Shown here piece by piece: positions 1 to 9,576 of a stretch of DNA of 25,418 nt. Source of the stretch: Alloascoidea hylecoeti (taxonomy: Eukaryota); assembly GCA_001600815.1 (NCBI GenBank), contig BCKZ01000018.1, positions 186,001 through 211,418 on the forward strand, written 5' to 3'. The translations under genes were made by a program, and so were the position numbers. The notes under the pieces were generated by a model that was not told the origin of the DNA, did not search any database, and worked only from the letters and a program-made list of their open reading frames with translations. Position 1 is the stretch's first letter, and each line of letters starts with the position of its first letter.

Positions 1-558
1 GTTAGAATAAGCAAAAGGCTGATAAAGTGATGAAGTGGCAAAAAATAAAATGGTTAACGGTGGAAATGATAACGTAGCTAATAACAAGACAGATTAAATG
101 ACTTGAATAGTTAAATATTGACATGTGTTTCTATTAAGCATTTACTATATCTGACCCTGCGGCTAAGATTGCACCGATAGCCACCTATTGTTAATCCATG
201 ACCCTGTAAATAACGTTATCCATATTCACATGAATATGAATATTAATGTAAGTATTGATTCAGATATGGAATATGGTCATATATTTGGTAGGAAAACTTT
301 ATGATTCTATAATATTATAGTACTAGCGTCTAAAAATATATACGAAAAAAAACATGGACATAAGATAAAAAAATCAATATAAAACAAATAATTTAATAAA
401 TAATACATTATGAAACAAAAAAAAGATGATTGATGTGTAAAAAAAAGCTTATTATGAATAGTATAGTATAAACCAGCAATTAAAAGGACAAGTGAATAAA
501 TGATTAATAATAAATAGTAATGATAAAGGAGTATGATGATTGTAGAAAAACAATATAA

Positions 559-996
559 TTATCGTACATCACCTTTTAATTCAATTGATATTCCACCTTT
601 GTATGTAACAGATTCATTCAATTGTCTCTTCGGTAAATATAAAATTAGAAATGGTGCCTCATAACTAGCCATTATTTGTCTATTTTCAAATTGTGACCAT
701 TTTATTGGCAATGATTCAATTATATCATTTCTTCTTATAAATTTTCTTATTGTAAAGTTATTTTTATCCATTTGTTCATTAACTTCAGTTATTGTCATTG
801 CATCAATTGTAATTAATTGTGATTTTGGATATAATTGAATTTGAAAATTATTAAATATTTGATATGGTAAAAAAATTTTTAATGTATAATAAAATGATCC
901 TTCATTTTGAATATTCGAAACTTTTAAAGTTTCGGATTGACTTTGTGATTGCATTTGAGATTTTGATGATAATTTTAAAATTGTTTGGACAGCCAT
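559..996 (-). CDS. Divergent HSP20/alpha-crystallin-domain-like protein (~145 aa)
   Basis: ORF read from the ATG at 996 (MAVQTILK...). Alternating beta-strand pattern and C-terminal IMASYEAPFLILYLPK resemble the sHSP AxyxxGvLxixxPK motif, followed by an ISI (IxI-like) tail. The longer track ORF from 1122 adds an AT-rich, probably non-coding leader. Confidence 0.55.
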   Translation of the reverse strand: MAVQTILKLSSKSQMQSQSQSETLKVSNIQNEGSFYYTLKIFLPYQIFNNFQIQLYPKSQLITIDAMTITEVNEQMDKNNFTIRKFIRRNDIIESLPIKWSQFENRQIMASYEAPFLILYLPKRQLNESVTYKGGISIELKGDVR

Positions 997-1869
997 TGTG
1001 AAAGATTTTAATAATCGATGTATATTATAGGGGGTAAATAAGAGATAAGGGATGATAGAATAATGAAAATAAAAAAAAATGTAGGAATTGATGGCATTTA
1101 TATTTTCCTTTATTAATGCCATTATAATATTAATTACTATTATTAATAAATTATTTTATATTAGTAGTTATGAGTGTCATTCAATTTTCGAACTGCCACT
1201 TATACTCATTTTCAACGTTAAAAAGAAACTCAAAATCAATACAATGTACTTGTGCATATACTTGTATGTAAAAATATATATGACCGTTGCCAATGCCAAT
1301 TGTGTACCTTTATACAACCGAATTAATATGTATTTGTAATTAAGTTTTTTTTATCTTCTTATCGTCCTTCATTATTGAAAATTTTTCAATTACGGTACAC
1401 CCGACTACATCGTCCACGTGTAATTACTCATAATTAGATAGACCTCCTACATTTGTAAATATGAGATTAAATTTTTTTTGGTTTAATTATTAATATTACT
1501 ATTACCCAATTATTGTGTGAACCTTTTTTTAAAAAAAGTTATCATGATATGAGCCCACAAAATCATAATATGATATCTTTAAAGTCCGATTTAATTTACT
1601 TGTTGCAATTGATTATCTTTATTAATTATAAGTCTTGATACTCTAATCTAGTCGTTTTGTTTTATTAATATCTCTATATTATTAGGAGAAGTTTTGTTTT
1701 ATAATCAATTTCAAGTTATATTACATCTGTTACTATTAAACAGAAAAAAAACATATGTAATAAATTTCAGCGCTAGATTGCTAGCTGAGCGGATTTCCTA
1801 CAATTTCTACGAAGATCTAGACATAAAACGTATCTTTATAGCTATAAAATAGAATAAGTTATCAAGTCA

Positions 1870-3490
1870 ATAAAGGCGAGGTAAAGAGTCAACCGATATA
1901 AATATACCTTAATTAAGCTTTGTACTCTTAATTTCAATCGAGAGGAGGCGTTAGGTCCTTTAAAGACTTCTTTTATAATATGTGTTATTTAATAGAAGCT
2001 ACACTTATTCATAAGTTTAAAACAAAATACAACAGCTTATGTATAAATTTGTTGTATACAACAATTGTTTAGATCGAGATTATATATCAACTTGCTATCA
2101 AGCTCAAATGTCTCTAAGTTTTAGCTTCTATTAAGTCACTATCTAATTCCGATTCTAGTTCTCTTGAAGATAATTAAAACTCCGAATGTTCAGTTTCAAG
2201 TGGTGCTATTTATCTTATTAAGACATTATTACTAATAACAAACATACTGCCGCCTTTTTTATACTCCCCTCAAACCCCACTTTTCCACCTTTTAGTGTGT
2301 TTCAAAAGGCACGATTATGAATTACTAGCTTTCCAATTTCAATCAGTTGCATTATGCTTGATACTAATTATAATCTAATTATAATATAGGGGTATACCCT
2401 CTGCAAACTTTGCTCTTCAATATGAGATAGATTTAACAGTTATATTTTTATATAGTTACCTAGATAAATAAAATAGAGTTAAATTTCAACATCCGATTCA
2501 TACGTATGCCCTCTTTTAGTTGTCCATTCTCCCAAATAGCTATAAAATACATATTAACTCAGATGTGACTTATAAATCTAACTTCAAATGTTAAAAAAAT
2601 GGTGTATTGTGTGCGTAACACTCGATCCGTGGGAAGATTCTTGATATTGATGAAAAAATCAAACCCGAGACGCTTCACTGAACTTATGAGATAAGAATAA
2701 TATGTACTGGTACAGTAAACAATTTTAGGCTCTCGGTTCACAATATCTCCAAAAATTTAAACATCCCTCAATGCAGCGAACATGTTCTTCCCCGTGATTA
2801 AAAATGTAAAACTCTTATATTCGAGGTACCAAAAGTGATGGAGAAATTGATTTACAAGGCACTTAACAGAGTCAAAACATTTGTACTTTTTGACCATGAT
2901 TTTACAAATATCGCAAAACAATCTACTGCACAATTCCCAGATCCATATGCGTAAGATAGTCCGGATTTCAACCCAGTTGAAAAGGTGTGTAGCACGCAAA
3001 ATAAACCAGCCCTTATAAAATTACTCAGAAGCATAGAACCAAATCTATACTTTAATATTGTATCTTGAGTGCCAAAAGTGGTAAATTAACTATTAAAAAT
3101 GGTAGTGGCTATGACTGAGCCACGAATATTGATCCTAACAAACGTCATAATTAGAGAGTAGAGGTCATTTGTATTTTATTCCCTTGTAAAATCCTATAAA
3201 GTATTTTCCTATATACTTTTATGAAATTTGTATGATCTGTGAATGAGTTAATATCTAAGAGATGGGTGAACGAATGATTGATTTAACACTATTTTATCCG
3301 AACAGGATTAAAGAATCGAGCAGACCAAAACTGTTACATTTCAACCACGAATTGTAAACCGGCAACAAATATAAATTATTGAAAATATTATCACTAAAAT
3401 CTAATTTATCTTGTAAATCAGATAATACATGTTTGTTTTGTAAATATTGTTTTGTTGTTGTGTGAATGTTATTCTACGATATAGCGTATT
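1870..3490 (+). mobile_element. Degenerate pogo/Fot1-like DNA transposon, copy A (boundaries approximate)
   Basis: By-eye colinear similarity to 6130-7300, 5680-5868 and the reverse complement of 16335-17000. Shared blocks include ctgttaca...ccacga...aaacc.gcaacaaa and tcactaaaa.cta...gataa. NTTAY at ~2026-2040 resembles the DDE_1 PNTTxxLQPxD motif. Many stops and frameshifts. Confidence 0.65.
2187..2491 (-). mobile_element. Possible solo LTR (305 bp) inserted in pogo copy A
   Basis: Plus-strand termini TGTT...CAACA. Flanks tccgaa (2181-2186) and tccgat (2492-2497). Minus-strand TATAAAA near 2258-2264. Roughly accounts for the extra length of copy A relative to copy C in this interval. Confidence 0.45.
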
Positions 3491-3499
3491 GAGCTCAAA

Positions 3500-4222
3500 G
3501 CTCAACAACTCCATTCTTTATACGTAATTTGATTCATATTCGTCATATGGCAGTTATTTATTAAGATCATCTGAGAAGCTCTTAAATAATAGGAAAAATA
3601 TTCTGGTTTTCCATTCATCTCGAGAAAGTAATGGAATGGAAATGGTTCTACCAAGTACAGGAGCAAATGTATGTCAAGAGGTTCGAGTATAATTGTCAAT
3701 ACTCGACTTGAGCATGAACCCATAATCACTACATCATCGCAATATATTCCACCCAAAATTGAATTACAAATGGTAAATGAAGATATATTTGATCTATATG
3801 AGGAGAAATATTTTTTACCATTTTTATCATCTATCGATGAAGAGAGAATGAACAACTTGAGAGAAGATTACGCTGAGTTACTATATTATTGGAACTTTCC
3901 TTTCAGACGATTAGAGGTACTAAAATTCAATTACTCATCAGTACACGTTCATGCAGACTTACATCCCTTTAATATAAAATCTGAACGAGGAGTAGATTAT
4001 GAGGTTCATTTTGGATGGAGGACCCGAAACAATAAGACAAACAATGTCTGTTCTTTTTGTAATATAGTTGTTAAGAAAAGGGCATTTATCTGTATTAATT
4101 GTGAACATTTAGTGCATGCTACTTGTGCAATTGAATGGTGGAGAAATGATGTTGACGAATGTCCTAGTGGTTGTGGCTGTAATTGTCTTGATCACTTGTA
4201 TGATCAGCTGCAGTTGAACTAA
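3500..4222 (+). pseudogene. MTC5: 3' fragment of MTC5/SEA3 (WDR59, SEA/GATOR2 subunit), including the C-terminal RING-type zinc finger
   Basis: ORF 3671-4222 contains YAELLYYWNFPFRRLEVLKF and CSFC...CINCEHLVHATCAIEWW...ECPSGCGCNC, matching the Mtc5 C-terminus. Coding-like sequence extends upstream to ~3500 through a frameshift. The WD40 and RWD parts of the >1000-aa protein are absent; transposon DNA lies there instead. Confidence 0.85.
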
Positions 4223-4234
4223 TCAAGCTTATAA

Positions 4235-4683
4235 CTATGTATAATTGATCATATCTCAGAATGTTTTTTTCCTCTGTCATACATGTACCGGCGTGAATTG
4301 GTACGCTATATTTGCGACTTAGCATTTTCAATAACTTTCGTGCATTTTGTCACTTTCAGGATCTCACTTTCGCAATTTCCTTTTCCATTTGTAACACTTT
4401 GGTTTTACATGCCGATGAATCGGGGATACAGGGAATATAGTTAGTCCCGCTGCTTTATTTTGCTTAATAGAGAACTGTTACACCTCACACCCGAAGAGCA
4501 AGAGGTTTTCAGTAATTTTACGGATTGTTCAAATTCAGATTTATCTTCACTATTAGCTATAGTCACTTGTTTCTATTGTGTAACAATGACTTCATCAAGA
4601 GGAGATTTCTCCAATGAATCATGAACTCCCAAACCAATGCAGTCATTGAACCATTGGAAATCATCGAACTTCAATCTGTCCAT
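4235..4683 (-). pseudogene. Decayed small gene, unidentified
   Basis: ATG at 4683 gives MDRLKFDDFQWFNDCIGLGVHDSLEKSPLDEVIVTQ*KQVTIANSEDKSEFEQSVKLLK..., and after a frameshift KTKVLQMEKEIAKVRS*K*QNARKLLKMLSRKYSVPIHAG. Coding-like composition with several internal stops. Confidence 0.5.
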
Positions 4684-5027
4684 TCAAGTAAATTATATTT
4701 CAAAAATGTTTTGCTATATCAAAAAGTAACCTTTTTAACTAGTAGTAAAGGAATGCATGTATTACCAATTAAAGAGTAATGATAGATGAGGTATTATTTT
4801 ATGTTCTTTAAGAATAGTATATTCTAAATATGAGTGTGATTAAATGTCATATGATGTTAATGATCACATTATTAATAATCATAAATAAGAAAAAAAAAAC
4901 AAGGTTATACCTGTTCAAACATAAGAATAAAAATAATAAATTGAAAAAGTCATAAATGCTAACCAGTATAGTTCATAAATTTTTTTTTAAAAAAATGGAT
5001 ACACAAAATTTGAGGTGAACTTCTTAG

Positions 5028-5660
5028 TTAAAAGATTGTATACTGAGAATGAGTTGGAAGTGTTGTATTTTCATCACCAAGCATGGATTTTCTTCTGAAT
5101 TGTAATCCATTCCAACTGGCGATGTAAGCCCAGAAGAATCCGAATCAGATCGTAAAGGAGCATCATCAAGCATAAATCTAACTGAATTGGACACTTTGAG
5201 AATGGGGGAAGGTGTCTTATTTATCGAACCAAAGGGAGAAGAAGAGTAAAGGGAGTTAATGGTGAGTCAGGAACTGATTGACCAAATAATTATTTTGACG
5301 AGGCTGTTGAAGAACGGTTCTTTGCTGGCAATTTTGGTTCATAGGTTTGATGATCATTTGAAGGTTCTTCATTATCTGATTTATCAACATGTTCTAATGC
5401 ACAAACAAGTGATTTTCTTCTTTCGGTTGCTCTATTGTTGGTTGAGTCAAAATGTTCTGGGTCTTCTATTACTGCTCGACAATAAAGAAACAATTGATTC
5501 TTTACTATTCTTTTTTATGCCTCCATTTTCAGCAGAATTATCATTTGAAGTTTTGAATGTTTTTACAGGAACTGTTTGAATATTTGTCCATTGGGAATGA
5601 AGAAGACTCATGTCCATCCGAATAATTAGTTTTCACCGAACGATAAGAACTATTTCTTTT
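5028..5660 (-). pseudogene. Decayed 3' end of a Ser/Pro-rich protein gene, unidentified
   Basis: Frameshifted pieces read ...ATERRKSLVCALEHVDKSD..., LFGQSVPDSPLTPF, SPFGSINKTPSPILKVSNSVRFMLDDAPLRSDSDSSGLTSP and LQFRRKSMLGDENTTLPTHSQYTIF*. The 5' part is truncated at transposon copy B. Confidence 0.5.
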
Positions 5661-5679
5661 AAGTCTTTTAGTGCTATCT

Positions 5680-5868
5680 AAAGGATAGTTAGTTTCCCCT
5701 GAATCTCTGTTACAGCTGCCACGACTTACAAAACCAGCAACAAAAATATATTAATATAAATAATTTCACTAAAACCTACATAATCTCATAATTCTGATAA
5801 AATTTATTTAATACTCCCTTTTTGTATTTTCAGTTGGGGAGCTAGATGTTTTCTAAAACTTAGCGCAT
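5680..5868 (+). mobile_element. pogo-like transposon 3' subterminal fragment, copy B
   Basis: ctgttacagctgccacgacttacaaaaccagcaacaaaaatata...tcactaaaacctacataatctcataattctgataa...acttagcgc aligns with 3330-3490 and 7190-7300. Confidence 0.7.
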
Positions 5869-6099
5869 TGAGGTCAATAGATCTATTCATAAAACACACA
5901 GTTTCATTATGCCATGATTAGTTAGAAGCTGTCATATTGGTATCATATGATACCTCTAGGATCAAATAATAATTTAGGTATCATTTTAAATTGAATATCG
6001 TAGTGTAGCCCGAAAATTAAGAACTATAAATTCTGGACGAAAATACAAAATAATTCTTTAATCACTGCAACTCAAAAGTTACATTTTTAAAACAACCAC

Positions 6100-7388
6100 T
6101 AAATCACCACCAGAATTTAAAATGGCACATATAAGGGATTGGATGAATGAGAAAGACCATACAAACAACCTTAGATAGTCAGACATGGAATATAATCAAA
6201 ATCGACTCTTTACGATCACTTCTACAGTAAATTTGCGAAACAAGATACCCACCAAAATTAAAGGCTTCCACCTACTCTTTAAGACTGAGATAACATTTGA
6301 CTACTTTTGAATTTGTGTGAAAATTGTTGTTGCCGCTATTATGAAGCATTTTCGTGTGCGGCTTTATGAGATTATTGTGAACCGCGTGGAAGAACATAAG
6401 GAACGCCAAAACAAAGGATTATTGTTCCGCAAAACCCCATACACTAGTCATTGTGAGATAGTCTAAACTTTCCACTTCTCTTTAACAAACTCAGAAAATT
6501 CGAAGCGTACAGTAAAGTGAGGATCCAAAATATTTTCTTGAATGATGTTCCATTACTTCGAGCTTTTCGCAATATAACATTGCGAATCTCCAATATTTGG
6601 ATCTTTGATAGAACACTGCACAGTTAGTGCGTGCTATAGTCTTCATTTTACCGGCACTTATTGATCGGGAAATGTAAGGGACGGATGCTTCCAGCATTCG
6701 TTCACTAAAGAAGAGGTTGAAACAGATCTACGACGAGAAGCTTGTTAACTTCTGTATAAGTTACATGTTTGTTCCTCTCTCATGATCATTTGAGGGCAGT
6801 GGAGATTACATAAACGACGGACACGATCACGTCTGAACGAACACAAAGATGTACCACCTGGTACGCGTCTGGAAGTTTTATTTTAAATTATATTTTACGA
6901 TAAGTTCCGAATTGAAAGATGGCAAACCAGGTATATTTATCTTAATAGAAGACTTAGATCGAACACGAGAGGATTATTGGACACACTCTAAAAAGTAACC
7001 GTAGAAACCAGCACTAGTATTAACATTTAAGGATAAAGATTGATCATAAATTGAAAACGGCATTCTTTTACCAATCTTGATTCATATATCAAGTACCTAT
7101 ACAACGTCAGATCCATAGAGTCCGGACGGAACATAATTGATATTTTCAACTACTATTTTTTAACCAAAAACTAATATAAATTAAATTTAATACTATCACT
7201 AAAATCTATTTCATCTCGTCATTCTGATAATGGATTTTCAATATGCAATTTTTGTGTTTTCTGTTGTAAAGTGAGATTTTTTTTTTACCGACTTAGCGCT
7301 AATTAATTTTTGTAAATAAAGCTAATTAATTCTTAGACATCTCGCTAATTATTTTCGAAAATAGCGCTATTAGTAGGTGGAGGGACTG
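6100..7388 (+). mobile_element. Degenerate pogo/Fot1-like (DDE_1) transposon, copy C, with right terminal inverted repeat
   Basis: Remnant DDE_1 motifs in the expected order: DWMN (W at 6140), LYDHF (LxDN-like), IVVAAIMKHFRVRL (6323-6365; GIIxxFKxxYR-like). Ends ...gtaggtggagggactg|TA (7388|7389-7390), a CAGT-initiated TIR beside a TA target site. Confidence 0.7.
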
Positions 7389-8200
7389 TATAGCTATCAA
7401 TTTACTTAACGCTAAACGCCAGATATAATGTATAATTATTAATGATAACTGTACGGTCATTAAAGATTTTATATGGTTTCTCGGTTGAATATTTATTAAT
7501 TCCATCTATTTTCGGGAAAACAATTGAATAGTCAACGTTGGTAACCAGGAAAGCATTTTGTTTATGATCATAATTATAATTATATCAAGAATATGAATGA
7601 TTTGGATTGTTCTTTCAAGGTTTAGCTATAGGGCACACAAGTACTAAGTTTATTACCATGACCGGACTGTAAGTTTAACATAAGATAATAATATAAAAGT
7701 ATAGGCTTAGAATTCCGATATTTCAGATTAGGGTCAGAAAACGACTGAGCTAGAAATCTAATTAATTTTGGTTATTTGTATTTTTTTAGATCAATATTTA
7801 AATTTGTTCCTGATCTGCTAGATTCCCATCTAATAATAATAGAGATGGATATCTAGGCCTATAGTTATGTCAACTTGTTTTTGCCTATTCAAGCTCACTC
7901 CTACATAGTTATGAATAATTCTGAAATTCCAGAAATATATCATCATGTTACTTAAATTAGGCCATTTATTAACTAATTTCGTCGAGAATATTACCGTTAT
8001 GACCCGTCCTTATGGTTCTAAACTTGGCCGATAGTTAGTAATCATAATGGCTTAAATTAAGTGGAATTGCTGTATCATACACCACCACCACCAAATAGAG
8101 TAAATAAAATACATAAGACAAGCATTAAAATTTTTACCAACTCAAAAAGAATTACAAAATAATAATAATAATGATTCTAAAAATTCAACTGAAAAAATTT

Positions 8201-8241
8201 AAATTCAAATCAAAATTCAAATCAAAATTCAAATCAAAATC
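8201..8241 (+). repeat. 12-bp minisatellite (aaattcaaatca) x~3.4
   Basis: Directly visible tandem repeat. Confidence 0.85.
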
Positions 8242-9576
8242 ACAAGAAAATTTATCATCTAAAAATTAGAGACCATTATGATGCAAAAGTTTATGCAAAA
8301 GTATTAGAAATTTGTTCTTCGGGAAAATTTATAAAAATTTAGTTAAAATAGGTCAAGGAGCATCGGAAGGAATCAATTGCAAATGATTAGTTTTATCACT
8401 AATAATGTAGTAGTTAGTTATAAGTAATAGTGTTTTATACCATTAGCGCTATAATATACGAAGAATCATCTTCGTTATAACATATGCATCGATATCATTA
8501 ATATTGACGTGCAATTGAGAGTAATTCATTATAATTGTCAACATAAGTTACTTATAGATCGGTTATGATCCTTTCAGCGATAATATATATAATGGGCTTC
8601 GATTTTTCTAAAGAGACAGTATAAGATGAATGTAGATTCCTTATAATTAAATGGAAAATCCACCACCAAAAAATGCAATCCGTAATACTTAACTTCTCAC
8701 CGAAAACACCAATAACATTGAATATAAGTGGGAGAAGGACTATCGATCTTTGAGATTACATAGCTGCAATGTTTATGGGCTTATTCAATTTTCCACTTGT
8801 CTTCCCAATTAACTCTTGTGCGAGAACAGCTGACAACCCTTTAAAATTTAAACATGGTTTAATGGTCTAGAATAAGAGAGATATCTTCTTTTCTGGTAAA
8901 GATAGAGTAAATCGAGGACTTTTTGACTGTTTAGTTTTTGGAATTTTTATAGTTATAAGGAACTATCGCTATGGTCACTTCATTTTCGGAAGAAATAGCT
9001 GCTGGTTCAAATAAATATATCAAAGTTAATGAGCACACAACCAATAGAAGCCAAAATCACTGTATACCTAGATACTAAATCATTATTAACTGGTAATCTA
9101 GAATATAATTATAACCTTGTTAGATCATGTTATAATTATGTCAATAGATTTATTTGGTTATCTTGATGAATTTTTATTAAATTATGAATAATTACAAGCT
9201 TCAAATACATCATTATTAGCAACATCATTATTAGCAACTTCTTTATATGTTAGATTTCTTTCACAAAAAGCATTATTAGAAAAACTTTGTTCAATTAAAA
9301 ATTTAGATATTGATTCTAAAGTTGAAGGGTTTAGATTGTTATTGATTTACTTTAAACTGTACTTATTTTAGAATATTCAAATAAATTCAGAATTTTAGCT
9401 ACTGTCGATGTCACCGATGGATTAAATACATCTGTTGAATATCAGGAATTGGGAATTTATATATATATATATTTAAAATAAATAGATGATTAATAAATAG
9501 ATAATTGCAATTTTAAATGTTACCCGGATATCAAATACATTTTAATTATAACCAATCAACTTCTTTTATCATTAAT

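Noticed and set aside
1088..1339. 83-aa ORF, and similar short hydrophobic ORFs (20483-20689, 22355-22540, 23642-23887, 23871-24083)
   Set aside because: AT-rich I/L/F/Y-biased frames expected by chance, with no motifs.
2958..2990. SPDFNPVEKV, resembling the Tc1/IS630 SPDLNPIE motif
   Set aside because: The segment aligns with the post-DDE region of pogo copies C and D, where the motif is not conserved; likely coincidental.
5259..5579. 106-aa plus-strand ORF
   Set aside because: Antisense to the minus-strand pseudogene fragment, which has more protein-like content.
7391..8072. Possible additional TA-flanked Tc1-type element ending ...ttaagtggaattgctg|TA
   Set aside because: The left-end match is too weak and no transposase motifs were found inside.
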